Below are positions 25,659-34,036 of a DNA stretch of 34,052 bases, in pieces (the stretch's first letter is position 1; each line of letters opens with the position of its first letter). The position numbers and the translations under genes are program-made. The stretch is from a virus: the UHGV virus genome UHGV-0211747. One strand, given 5' to 3'. A model generated the notes under the pieces. That model was not told where the DNA came from. It made no database searches and saw only the letters and a program-made list of their open reading frames with translations.

Positions 25659-26654
25659 TCACTCAGCTTCCCACTCGTCCAGCATCTCCCGCATCCAAGC
25701 GTCCTGCTCGGCGATCCTGCCTGCAAACTCCGCCTGGTCTTCCGGCTGCCTGTCCGCTTCCGGCACAGGTGCTTTTGCAGGCTTCTTCCAGCCCCGTTGC
25801 TGTCTTGCCACCTGGTGTTGCTGTTCCGACGCCTGGATGTCCGCCAGAGACCGGACGCCCTCACGCTCATAGCGCTCCAGGATGGCCTTGATGTAATTCC
25901 AGCTCTGCTTGCGCTCGTCCTGAGCGATCTGAATGGCATGGATGGTCACCTCTGCCCCCAAGATGCCCTCAAAGCGTTCCAGCGCCTGCAGTGAGTACCC
26001 AGACAGTGTGGGGTTGATATGCTGGCAGTAATAGGCCACTGCTTCTGACCGTTTCTGCGGCGGACAGGGTGCTGGTGCCGTAACGCTGTCGGTGCCAGGT
26101 AACGCCTTACAAGTATCCTCATACCTCTCCTGGTTAAGGTTAGGTTTGGTATGGTTAGGTATGGTTAGGTTAGGTAGGGCCGTTACAGGGGCGTTACTAA
26201 CGCTTTCGTAACGCGTTACGCTAACGTTATTGTCATGCGTTACGGTGTTGGAATCTTGCGTTGACACATCGGACTCGGTCGCGTTACTGTCCGCTTTCCG
26301 TTTGTTACGGTAACGCTGTTGCCGCTTGCGGTTCTGCTCTCGTTGGTTCTCCCGGCGGTCGAGTAACATCCCGGCATAGTCGCTCCAATCGTGCAGCTTT
26401 GCGTCCGGGTCGATAAAACCGGCCTCGGTCAGCGCCTGCACGAATTGTTCCGCGTCCTTCGGCCACTCACACGCTTCTGCAATGTCCTCTGGATCCAGCG
26501 CGGATAGATCACCATCCGGCGCATTGTCCACTGCCCAGAGCCACAGCATGGCCAGATGCCCGACTGCCTGCGGCGTCTTGATCTTCAGCAGCCGCTTCAA
26601 CTTTTTCACTTTTCTGTGCGCCGGAAGATTCTGATGTAATTCAATCCACGCCAT
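25659..26654 (-). CDS. Replication initiator with DnaD-like C-terminal domain
   Basis: MAWIELH...HRK, AVGHLAMLWLWA, LHDWSDY; SWNYIKAILERYEREGVRS. Confidence 0.85.
   Translation of the reverse strand: MAWIELHQNLPAHRKVKKLKRLLKIKTPQAVGHLAMLWLWAVDNAPDGDLSALDPEDIAEACEWPKDAEQFVQALTEAGFIDPDAKLHDWSDYAGMLLDRRENQREQNRKRQQRYRNKRKADSNATESDVSTQDSNTVTHDNNVSVTRYESVSNAPVTALPNLTIPNHTKPNLNQERYEDTCKALPGTDSVTAPAPCPPQKRSEAVAYYCQHINPTLSGYSLQALERFEGILGAEVTIHAIQIAQDERKQSWNYIKAILERYEREGVRSLADIQASEQQHQVARQQRGWKKPAKAPVPEADRQPEDQAEFAGRIAEQDAWMREMLDEWEAE
26079..26316. repeat. Putative origin iterons within initiator gene
   Basis: Roughly ten CGTTAC/GTAACG hexamers incl. palindrome GTAACGCGTTAC; GGTTA/GGTAT pentamer run 26131-26178. 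Confidence 0.7.
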
Positions 26655-26668
26655 GTTGCCTCATCCTC

Positions 26669-27106
26669 TCAAAATGGCAGCTCGCCGTCATTGTCGCTCA
26701 GCTCCGCGAAGCCGCCGTCACCGGGCATCCCGGAGCCGCTGGGCGGTCCGTAGCCGCCGCCGGAACTCGTCCCGCTCTCATCCTTGCGGGAGTCACAGAA
26801 GTAAACGTTGTCCGTCACGACCTCTGCCGCCACCCGGCGGTTGCCGTCCTTGTCCGTGTAGTCCCGCATCTGCAGGCGGCCTTCCACCAGCATCATGCGG
26901 CCTTTGGTGAAGTATTTGCAGACAAACTCCGCCGTGTTGCGCCAGGACACGACGTTGACGAAGTCCGCGTTCTGGGCGTTGGGGTCTTTGCTCTTGTAAC
27001 CCCGATCCACAGCCAAGCGATAGGATGCCACTGGCGTCCCCTGCTGGGTGTGGCGCAGCTCTGGGTCCGCCACCAGGCGACCCTGGAGGAATACCTTATT
27101 CAGCAT
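26669..27106 (-). CDS. ssb: Single-stranded DNA-binding protein
   Basis: MLNKVFLQGRLVADPELR; acidic tail DGELPF. Confidence 0.95.
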   Translation of the reverse strand: MLNKVFLQGRLVADPELRHTQQGTPVASYRLAVDRGYKSKDPNAQNADFVNVVSWRNTAEFVCKYFTKGRMMLVEGRLQMRDYTDKDGNRRVAAEVVTDNVYFCDSRKDESGTSSGGGYGPPSGSGMPGDGGFAELSDNDGELPF

Positions 27107-27317
27107 CGGCGGCCTCCTTCTGGATGAACAGCCGGTTCTGGCAGCGGGCGGAGGCGGCTGCGGAAGTTACGCTGTTGAAAGTCTCCTCCCACGCCACCTC
27201 CATAATGGGCTCAGGCCTCGCCATAAAATCCTGCATCACTGCCAGCAGCTTGCTGGTCTTGGTCTCCCTACGTTCTTTTAAGCCCGCAGGGAGTTCATTC
27301 ATGTATTTCACGTTCAT
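27096..27317 (-). CDS. Hypothetical protein
   Basis: Purine-rich SD before ATG 27317; overlaps ssb start. Confidence 0.55.
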   Translation of the reverse strand: MNVKYMNELPAGLKERRETKTSKLLAVMQDFMARPEPIMEVAWEETFNSVTSAAASARCQNRLFIQKEAADAE

Positions 27318-27358
27318 TTCTTTTCCTTCCTTCATGCCAGTGTGTCCACGCACCGACA

Positions 27359-28078
27359 TCAGCATATGTACACCTCTGCTCCCGTCTTTCGCTGTACCTG
27401 TTCGCGGATCCGCGCTTCGTTCCCGTGGCTGTCACTCATGTGACAGATGTAGATCTGTCGCAACCGGCGGGTGTCTGTGTTGTCCAGAAAAGTCAGGAAA
27501 TTTTTCAAGTTCATGTGGCTGGTGAACAGCCGCTTTGCCCGGACTGCCGGGGTATCCCCCGCGCCGTACTGCTCCCATAATGTCTCGTCATCATAGTTGC
27601 ACTCGCCAATGATATGAGTCAGGCCGGTGAAGCGATACCGCAGGTAAAAGGTATCGGTAAAGTACAGCAGCTTTTCCTCAGTGGCTGTGGAGCCGATGAG
27701 GTAGCCCACCGGCTCCGGCGTGTCATGCTCCACTGAAAAGGGCAGCACTCTGAATGTGCCGATTGGGAACGCTCTGTACCCTTTCGCCCCTCTCCGCAGG
27801 CAATACAGCGGCTTACCGGCAGCTGTCAGGGACAGCGCTTGCGCTTCTTTCTCCGGGAGATAGACCGGCACGCAGGCACACAGCAAATCCTTGACCGCCT
27901 TGCTGTGGTCGCCGTGGCAATGGGTGACCAGGCACCCGGACACCTGGTGCAGCTGGAACTTGCAGCCCACGCGGATCCTCCGGATGGGGATCCCCGCGTC
28001 CAGCAGCAGGCGGGTTTTGCCGTCGCTGATGTGATAGCAATTCCCCGTGCTGCCGGACGCCAAAACCGTGATGTCCAT
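27359..28078 (-). CDS. MBL-fold metallo-hydrolase (exonuclease partner of RecT)
   Basis: ASGSTGNCY, THCHGDH, EHD, ECNYD, HMS. Confidence 0.9.
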   Translation of the reverse strand: MDITVLASGSTGNCYHISDGKTRLLLDAGIPIRRIRVGCKFQLHQVSGCLVTHCHGDHSKAVKDLLCACVPVYLPEKEAQALSLTAAGKPLYCLRRGAKGYRAFPIGTFRVLPFSVEHDTPEPVGYLIGSTATEEKLLYFTDTFYLRYRFTGLTHIIGECNYDDETLWEQYGAGDTPAVRAKRLFTSHMNLKNFLTFLDNTDTRRLRQIYICHMSDSHGNEARIREQVQRKTGAEVYIC

Positions 28079-28863
28079 CAGAAGCCAGGTGCGGCAGGCG
28101 TCGGGTCAGGTTCCATCACCACGCCGTTCTCATCCACCACCGGCAGGTCGGGCAGATCCAGCCCCGCCGCATTGGCGTTTTCCTCTACGGTCGCCTGCGC
28201 CGCCGCCTGGGCAGCTTCCACCTCGTACCGTTCCGCCTGCTGCATCTTAGTGGACATAGGGCCATACTTGAGCAGCTTCCGGATGACGGTCTTTCTGGCC
28301 ATCGCGTCAAAATCCGTCTTCCACGGGCCGTTGTTATACGCCTTGGAATACTTTCGCCCGTGGGCTTCCGCTTCTTCCCTGGTCATGTACACGGTCTTCT
28401 CAAATCCGTTGAGCAGCTTGAAATAGGCGAAGTATCCGATCGCCTTATCGCTGGTCGGCGTCCCGGTGATCTCCACCTGACCGGTGAGCCGGTCCCTCAC
28501 TACGGTTTCCCCCTCGTAAACGCAACCATCGTTGAACCGCAGATACTTGCCGGAGTTCTGCGCCAGCTGCACCAGCCCTTTCCAGCCGGGAATAAAAGTC
28601 GGGATATTCTTGTAGGCCACAACGTAGCCATAGCCCAGCGCTTTGACGATGGGCAGGCCGAGGGAAGCCGCCTTAAGGCATTCCGCCGCCACTGCGTTGG
28701 GATCGCAGCCCTGCAGGTAGCGGTCTCCGGAGTACAGATCCAGCATGGAGCTGATAAAGCCCCCTGCCGCTTCCCCCATGCAGGCTTTCACCTGGTTCCG
28801 GAAGCCGCCATTATTCAGGATGCCCTTGAACGCATCCACTCTTGCCAATCCATTCTGATTCAT
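28078..28863 (-). CDS. recT: RecT-family single-strand annealing protein
   Basis: LGYGYVVAY, GWKGLVQLAQNSG, GPWKTDFDAMARKTVIR. Confidence 0.9.
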   Translation of the reverse strand: MNQNGLARVDAFKGILNNGGFRNQVKACMGEAAGGFISSMLDLYSGDRYLQGCDPNAVAAECLKAASLGLPIVKALGYGYVVAYKNIPTFIPGWKGLVQLAQNSGKYLRFNDGCVYEGETVVRDRLTGQVEITGTPTSDKAIGYFAYFKLLNGFEKTVYMTREEAEAHGRKYSKAYNNGPWKTDFDAMARKTVIRKLLKYGPMSTKMQQAERYEVEAAQAAAQATVEENANAAGLDLPDLPVVDENGVVMEPDPTPAAPGF

Positions 28864-30902
28864 GATACTGCCTCACTTTCCTGTTCAAATAAGTCCGCTT
28901 GACCCTCCATCGGTTTCTCGTCAGGATAATCAATTTCGACCCTCAGCTTCTTATCCGGCTTGGAGACCACCAGTCGGATGACCTGGGTATCCACCGTCTG
29001 GAGGTGAGTCACCGATTCGGCGTTGTCCACGATGATGGGTGCTGTGACGCCGAAGTGCCTGGACAGCACGTCGATGACTTCCAGACCGCTGTTGACCTTC
29101 GCTGCATCGTTGGCGTCCGGATACGGCACCAAGGCGCCCGTTTCGGAGGGCACCAGCGCTTCGCAGCAGTCTGCCAAGCCACCGTTGTTCTGCTCTCGGA
29201 ACAGCCGGAACCGCAGGGTCTTGAACTGCCCGTTGATCCGATCGGACATCAGCTCCGTCTTCCGACGGACGAACAGTTCACACAGATACAAACCGTGTTC
29301 GATGCGTTCAAATTCAGCGGCCAGCGTCCGTTCCTCCTGCTCCAGCGCCAGAATGCGCTTCCGCTGGGTCTGTGCCGTGTGCAGGTGGACTAGCTGGGTC
29401 TGCAAGTCCCGTTTCCGGTCTGTCCAGTCTCGGATGGCGATAGAGACCTTTTCCACCTCGTCCTGCGTTCCCTTCGCTGCCAACTCTGCCTTTTTCGCCT
29501 GGAGGGCAGCCCGTTTGTCGTTCAGAGTGTGGTAAATGTTTGTCGCTTCAAACGGCTGCTTCTGGATGGCGTTCTGAGCCTGTTCCGCCTGCTCGGTCAG
29601 CTGTTCCGCTTCCATGGCGCAGGCTTGCTGTTTTGCCCTCACTTGCTGGATCTGCTCTTGCAGCGCCACCAGCATCTCCTGGCTGGCCTCCTTCTTGCCG
29701 CGTTCTGTGATCTCCGTCAGCATCTGACTCCGCTGCTGGTTGAAATCTCCTCGCAGCTGAGCGATCTTCTCCGCCGGAAGGCGCTGACCGCAACAGGGGC
29801 AGACTTCGGCCTTCGCGTCCCAAACCAACTCGAAGGTCTGGTTCCAACACTGGATCAGCTTTTCCCTGGTCTGTTCCATGGCGGCGTGCTGGGCAGTCAG
29901 CTTATCCGCTTCCAAGGCCGTCTGAGCAGCTTCCTTTTTGCGCTCTGCCGCCCGTGCCAGCAGGGTGCGAGCCGTCTGATACTGATCTGCCAGCCGGTCA
30001 TTCTCTGCCTGGAGATGTTCCCCTTCCGCTTTGGTCAGCTCCACCGACAGCCGCATCAGCTCTGCGTCCACTTCCGCTGTGGCCGCTGCATCACCGCTCT
30101 CCAAAGCCTTTCGGCGGCTTTCCAGCTTGCTGATGTGGGCGTCGATCTCGATGATCTCGTTCTGGATCGCCTCCTCCGACAGGGTCTCCGCCCCCTCCGG
30201 AATGGCATTGGTCGCCTCGTCGATACGTTCTGGCAGCTTGTCCAGCTTGCTGTTGATGTCCCGTTTCTGCGCTGACGCGATCTTGCGGTACTCGTCCACG
30301 CTATAACGCTGGTCAGAGCCGGGAATCCTCAAAAACTCCGGCAGGTCAGCCAGCTCCGCCATGCTGTCGATGACCGCCTGGTCATCCTCCTCCCCGAAGA
30401 TCTCCGTCAAAACCTCCCGGCGCTTCTTGTGATCCAAGTCTCTGAGGAAGTAGCCTGGCATGGTCAGCATCTTCATGCGTTCTTCCCCGCCCAGAGCCTC
30501 CTGGATGAACTGGGTGTAGTCCTTCTCCTTGGTCGGGACGCCGTTGATGTAGTAGTCGATGGTGTTGCCGCTGAACTCCGATTCAGCGTGGCCACGCTTC
30601 TTCTTGTAGACCTCGTGGAAAACCTTCTTGAGTGTGACTGTGCCCCCATCATCCAGGGTCAGCTCCGCTTCTGCACAGTGATCCAGGTTGTGGACTTCCC
30701 CGCCGGTGTTGTCGTTGGTCTTTGGGGTGAACCCTTTGGAACCGGTGCTAGACTTCCCGGTCAGGAGCCAGGCATAGGCGTTTGCAATGGTGGTCTTGCC
30801 CGTGGCGTTCTCGCCATATATGCTGGCGTTCCGGCCGTACACGGGCAACGTGAATCGTTTCATCCCCTGAAAATTGCTCAGGGTGAGTGTTTGGAGTTTC
30901 AT
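28860..30902 (-). CDS. SMC/Rad50-like ATPase
   Basis: Walker A GENATGKTT, long coiled coil with CPCCG hook, IIVDNAES Walker B; AAGGAGG SD before ATG 30902. Confidence 0.9.
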   Translation of the reverse strand: MKLQTLTLSNFQGMKRFTLPVYGRNASIYGENATGKTTIANAYAWLLTGKSSTGSKGFTPKTNDNTGGEVHNLDHCAEAELTLDDGGTVTLKKVFHEVYKKKRGHAESEFSGNTIDYYINGVPTKEKDYTQFIQEALGGEERMKMLTMPGYFLRDLDHKKRREVLTEIFGEEDDQAVIDSMAELADLPEFLRIPGSDQRYSVDEYRKIASAQKRDINSKLDKLPERIDEATNAIPEGAETLSEEAIQNEIIEIDAHISKLESRRKALESGDAAATAEVDAELMRLSVELTKAEGEHLQAENDRLADQYQTARTLLARAAERKKEAAQTALEADKLTAQHAAMEQTREKLIQCWNQTFELVWDAKAEVCPCCGQRLPAEKIAQLRGDFNQQRSQMLTEITERGKKEASQEMLVALQEQIQQVRAKQQACAMEAEQLTEQAEQAQNAIQKQPFEATNIYHTLNDKRAALQAKKAELAAKGTQDEVEKVSIAIRDWTDRKRDLQTQLVHLHTAQTQRKRILALEQEERTLAAEFERIEHGLYLCELFVRRKTELMSDRINGQFKTLRFRLFREQNNGGLADCCEALVPSETGALVPYPDANDAAKVNSGLEVIDVLSRHFGVTAPIIVDNAESVTHLQTVDTQVIRLVVSKPDKKLRVEIDYPDEKPMEGQADLFEQESEAVS

Positions 30903-30916
30903 TTTTTGCCTCCTTG

Positions 30917-30982
30917 TGCTACAATACAGTTGGTATTTTGCCTTTGCCGTCGTCGGAGTTGCCCCTCCGGCGGCGGCTTTTA
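30917..30982 (+). ncRNA. Putative small antisense RNA unit upstream of ATPase gene
   Basis: TG-C-TACAAT 30917-30925, then 13-bp hairpin 30946-30977 plus TTTT. Confidence 0.5.
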
Positions 30983-31297
30983 TCTTTGGGCAACCTTGCC
31001 GGTGCCCCTGTGCCGGATACTCCGCAGTTTGCCCTCTAACGTCACCTCTGCTGCCGCCCGGTCGTTCGCACTGGGCTTGCCCGCCCAAATGAGGGCACGG
31101 TGCATTGCGTACCGCGGGCACTTGTCGTGGCAGACCAGTGTCCTGTCGGTCTCCAACGTGCAGTCTCTGCACGGCCACAATCTCCGTGCCCGGCGCCGCT
31201 GCTTATAGCAGACCGGGCACAGCTCCGCCGCGCCGATCGTCACCAGGGTCTGAGCGCTCCATAGGCGCTGACAGTGGGCGCAGGGTCTGCGGCTCAC
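30980..31297 (-). CDS. Cys-rich hypothetical protein
   Basis: Several CxxC; GTG overlaps upstream stop. Confidence 0.55.
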   Translation of the reverse strand: MSRRPCAHCQRLWSAQTLVTIGAAELCPVCYKQRRRARRLWPCRDCTLETDRTLVCHDKCPRYAMHRALIWAGKPSANDRAAAEVTLEGKLRSIRHRGTGKVAQR

Positions 31298-31500
31298 CGC
31301 TTGAGCCTCCGTGCCAACATCCGGTCAAAGGCCGTCTCGGCCACCGACATCATCCAGGCTGCGGCGCACATCGTGATGCTGGCAGGCAGCCAGTTGCCCA
31401 GCAGTGCCATGTGTCCAGCGGTCGCCCAGGCCGCTACGCCCATTACAGCGCCAGCGATGCCAACGACCAGCTGGCAGGTGCATTTTGTTCTATTTGTCAT
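31294..31500 (-). CDS. Small membrane protein
   Basis: GAGGAGG SD; two hydrophobic segments. Confidence 0.65.
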   Translation of the reverse strand: MTNRTKCTCQLVVGIAGAVMGVAAWATAGHMALLGNWLPASITMCAAAWMMSVAETAFDRMLARRLKR

Positions 31501-31512
31501 ATCAAATCCTCC

Positions 31513-31695
31513 TCATTTGTCTCGTTGCCTCAGTTGTCTCGTCTGCACCCTCGCACCCCAAGCGTCCGCCACCATCCCGTATGTAATCCATTCCGGGCAC
31601 CACCGCCGCTGGTAGTCCAGCAGACCCTTGCAGCGGCGCTGGATGTATAGGCGGCATTTCGTGCATTTGGGGCAGGTGCTGGGGTAGTTAGCCAT
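31513..31695 (-). CDS. Small Cys-rich hypothetical protein
   Basis: MANYPSTCPKCTKC; overlaps upstream stop. Confidence 0.5.
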   Translation of the reverse strand: MANYPSTCPKCTKCRLYIQRRCKGLLDYQRRWCPEWITYGMVADAWGARVQTRQLRQRDK

Positions 31696-31879
31696 CGGTG
31701 TTGCGGGCAGCAGTACGCTCCCGTTTCTCACGCAAGGCTTGGATTGCCATACGGGTGGCAGCCAGCTCATGTTCCCACTCAATGTGGTCGTTCATCGCTT
31801 TGCTTTTCAACCAGGCCAACGCTTCGACAGTTTCGTTTTCCTTTGCCTCAAAATAGCGGATTGCTTCTTCGATTTTCAT
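31688..31879 (-). CDS. Hypothetical phage protein
   Basis: AAGGAGG SD; MKIEEAI...MAIQALREK. Confidence 0.7.
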   Translation of the reverse strand: MKIEEAIRYFEAKENETVEALAWLKSKAMNDHIEWEHELAATRMAIQALREKRERTAARNTDG

Positions 31880-31893
31880 GCTGGTTCCTCCTT

Positions 31894-32130
31894 TCACAGC
31901 TCCACTCTCCGGATTTCTCCGGTTGGTGTCTTTTCATCTTCGTCTCCGCGAGCCAGGTACTCCAGCACCTTGTCCAAATCGACCAGCTTCTTGGTGCCAG
32001 CCTTGCGGACAGGCACCTTGCCCTGGTTGATGATGCTCCGGATGTAATGCAGGGTGATCCGCGTGTCCGGATCCAGCGCTTTGATTTCAGCCAAGACGTC
32101 GGTCGCGATCCTCATTCTCGGGATTCCCAT
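31894..32130 (-). CDS. xis: Excisionase-like DNA-binding protein
   Basis: PRMR...DPDTRIT..IRSIINQGKVPVRKAGTKKLVDLD winged-HTH pattern; GGAGG SD. Confidence 0.7.
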   Translation of the reverse strand: MGIPRMRIATDVLAEIKALDPDTRITLHYIRSIINQGKVPVRKAGTKKLVDLDKVLEYLARGDEDEKTPTGEIRRVEL

Positions 32131-32186
32131 GGTGTTCGCCTCCCTCCTCCAAGTCTTGCTCCACTGGCTCTCCTGGTAAAAAACTG

Positions 32187-32215
32187 TTGCTTTTGGGAAA
32201 AATATTGCCTATAAT
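32187..32215 (+). promoter_or_regulatory. Antisense sigma-A promoter
   Basis: TTGCTT 32187-32192, 17 bp, TATAAT 32210-32215. Confidence 0.75.
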
Positions 32216-32258
32216 GGGATTAGCCCTACTGGGCAGAATCAAAATCGAGGTGATTCAC

Positions 32259-32297
32259 TTGACCAAACTTTTGATCCTGCCAGTTCCAGACCGGTGA
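32259..32297 (+). CDS. Candidate 12-aa micropeptide MTKLLILPVPDR in short antisense transcript
   Basis: GAGGTGA SD 32247-32253, TTG start, own promoter, downstream hairpin plus U-tract. Confidence 0.4.
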   Translation: MTKLLILPVPDR

Positions 32298-32353
32298 ACC
32301 AGCGCGATACGTCAGGGCGACAAATCCGCAACGACCTGCGGACGCTGTCGCTT

Positions 32354-32557
32354 TTATTTGTTGTGTTGTAGACCGAGTAGATAATCAGCAGAGCAATCCC
32401 AAGTCTTGGCTAACAAGATGAGCTTGGAGACCGGAAGTTCCGTTGTCCCGTTCTGCCAATTCCGTACGGTTCTTTGGGAAACTCCCAACAGGGTTGCAAG
32501 CTCTCCCTTATTCAGTTGATGCTTGACTCGCTCTGCTTCCAATACTGGGTAACGCAT
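32354..32557 (-). CDS. Cro-like XRE HTH regulator
   Basis: GELATLLGVSQRTVRNWQNG...SADYLLGL; GAGGGG SD. Confidence 0.85.
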   Translation of the reverse strand: MRYPVLEAERVKHQLNKGELATLLGVSQRTVRNWQNGTTELPVSKLILLAKTWDCSADYLLGLQHNK

Positions 32558-32618
32558 CTTCTCCCCCTCCTCTTGCGATAGTTCCAAACACTAATAGCCA
32601 GAAAGGACGTGTCATTCC

Positions 32619-33179
32619 GTGAGTTCGATATGTAAGTCTTTCCTTTCCCTGGTTGCCTCTGATCAGATTCAATTGATTGGTATTATTGTCTCTCTGATCG
32701 TTGGTATCGTATCGATTGTAATTGCGATTTGCACGTTGCGGCAAAATCACAAAATGCTTGAAGAGAGCTCCAGACCATACATCACAATCTCTTGCGGGAC
32801 AACTTTCTTCCGAGAACTTCGCGTTTACATGATCTTGAAAAACTTCGGTTCGTGCGGCGCTAGGATCACTCGTTTTAAGACTGACTTTGATCTTGAACAG
32901 ATTGAACTCGACGAAAGCGGCCATCCACCTTTCTCTAATGTCGAAGGCACTTACCTTGCGCCTGGCCAATCCATCGAATTCATCATCGATCAAAAAAAGG
33001 CTCCGCTTGTTATGCGCTTTTTCATCGAATATGAAAGCGCTACAAAGTCGTATTCGGACGAGATTGCGATTGGCCAGTCCGTCTTTATCAATCAAATGCA
33101 TCTTCGCGCAAACACACCAAATAAAGACCTTCAGGTTATCTCTTTTGCCCTTCAGGATATTGCGGAAAAGTTGCTGTAA
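32619..33179 (+). CDS. Accessory membrane-anchored protein, antisense to lytic operon
   Basis: 186 aa, one N-terminal TM helix, AT-richer than core genes; AAGGA SD. Confidence 0.75.
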   Translation: MSSICKSFLSLVASDQIQLIGIIVSLIVGIVSIVIAICTLRQNHKMLEESSRPYITISCGTTFFRELRVYMILKNFGSCGARITRFKTDFDLEQIELDESGHPPFSNVEGTYLAPGQSIEFIIDQKKAPLVMRFFIEYESATKSYSDEIAIGQSVFINQMHLRANTPNKDLQVISFALQDIAEKLL

Positions 33180-33375
33180 CTTTCGTATTCCGCAATTTCC
33201 CTTTTGCCTGAGTTAGCACGTACTCTATGCATTCTACGGTACGAGCTTGCTCAGGCAATTTTTTTAGGATCGCCTCTACGGCTGCGTCCGCCGCTTCTCT
33301 TGCGACTTCGACCGATACAGACGACCTATAAAGGTCGTTCCCGAATTCGTAAGTTCCAAGTCCGTAAGCAACCAT
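33136..33375 (-). CDS. Hypothetical protein
   Basis: AGGAGGTGA SD before ATG 33375. Confidence 0.65.
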   Translation of the reverse strand: MVAYGLGTYEFGNDLYRSSVSVEVAREAADAAVEAILKKLPEQARTVECIEYVLTQAKGKLRNTKVTATFPQYPEGQKR

Positions 33376-33402
33376 TTGTTCTCACCTCCTATCATCTCGT
33401 GT

Positions 33403-33567
33403 TCAGCTTGCTTCCTCGGTTTGGCAAGCGTTCAGGGCGCTGCTGCGATCCAGCAAGCCCATCAGGTAGCCATAGGCCACCAGCTGTTCGTTTGCGGACA
33501 TCTTTACGATTTCAGCACCGGTCGTCATGACTTCTACAGCCGTGATTTTGGTAGTCTCCGTGTTCAT
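33403..33567 (-). CDS. 54-aa early protein absent from ORF track
   Basis: AAGGAGG SD; MNTETTKITAVEVMTTGAEIVKMSANEQLVAYGYLMGLLDRSSALNACQTEEAS. Confidence 0.7.
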   Translation of the reverse strand: MNTETTKITAVEVMTTGAEIVKMSANEQLVAYGYLMGLLDRSSALNACQTEEAS

Positions 33568-33583
33568 GCTTGTGCCTCCTTTC

Positions 33584-33612
33584 TTGCCCTCCTTTCACCC
33601 GCGTGGTAGAAT
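33584..33612 (+). promoter_or_regulatory. Promoter of DUF2513-like gene
   Basis: TTGCCC, 17 bp, TG-G-TAGAAT; within inverted repeat CCTCCTTTCACCC...GGGTGAAAGGAGG. Confidence 0.7.
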
Positions 33613-33634
33613 GTGGGTGAAAGGAGGTGAAATC

Positions 33635-34036
33635 ATGAAACTTAACCCAGATTGTGTCCGGGACGTGTTGCTCACCTTGGAATTGTGCGAATTCCAAGAG
33701 AGCATTTCGATGGAAACTTTGTGTTCTAGGATTCCAAACCGAAATCCAGACGATGTGCATTACGCATGCATAAAATTAAGTGAAGCCGGATTCATCAGCG
33801 TACAGTCGGCCAAGTATTTGTACGGCGGCGTGCGAGTGGGCATCATTGAAGACATCACATATGCAGGCCACGAATTCTTGGCCAATATCCGCAAAGACAC
33901 TGTGTGGAATGGGGTAAAGTCGATAGCGGGGAAAGTTGGCGCAACCTCGTTATCTGCTTTGACCCAAATTGCCACAAACGTTGTCACCGAGCTTATCAAA
34001 GCTCAGTTCGGCCTCTATACCGTCACTCCTTCTTGA
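33635..34036 (+). CDS. DUF2513-like accessory protein
   Basis: MKLNPDCVRDVLL...ITYAGHEFLANIR..TVW; AAGGAGGTGA SD. Confidence 0.85.
   Translation: MKLNPDCVRDVLLTLELCEFQESISMETLCSRIPNRNPDDVHYACIKLSEAGFISVQSAKYLYGGVRVGIIEDITYAGHEFLANIRKDTVWNGVKSIAGKVGATSLSALTQIATNVVTELIKAQFGLYTVTPS

Noticed and set aside
30903..31178. N-terminal extension of the ATPase ORF
   Set aside because: Good SD and family-typical start at 30902; extension overlaps another gene and a hairpin
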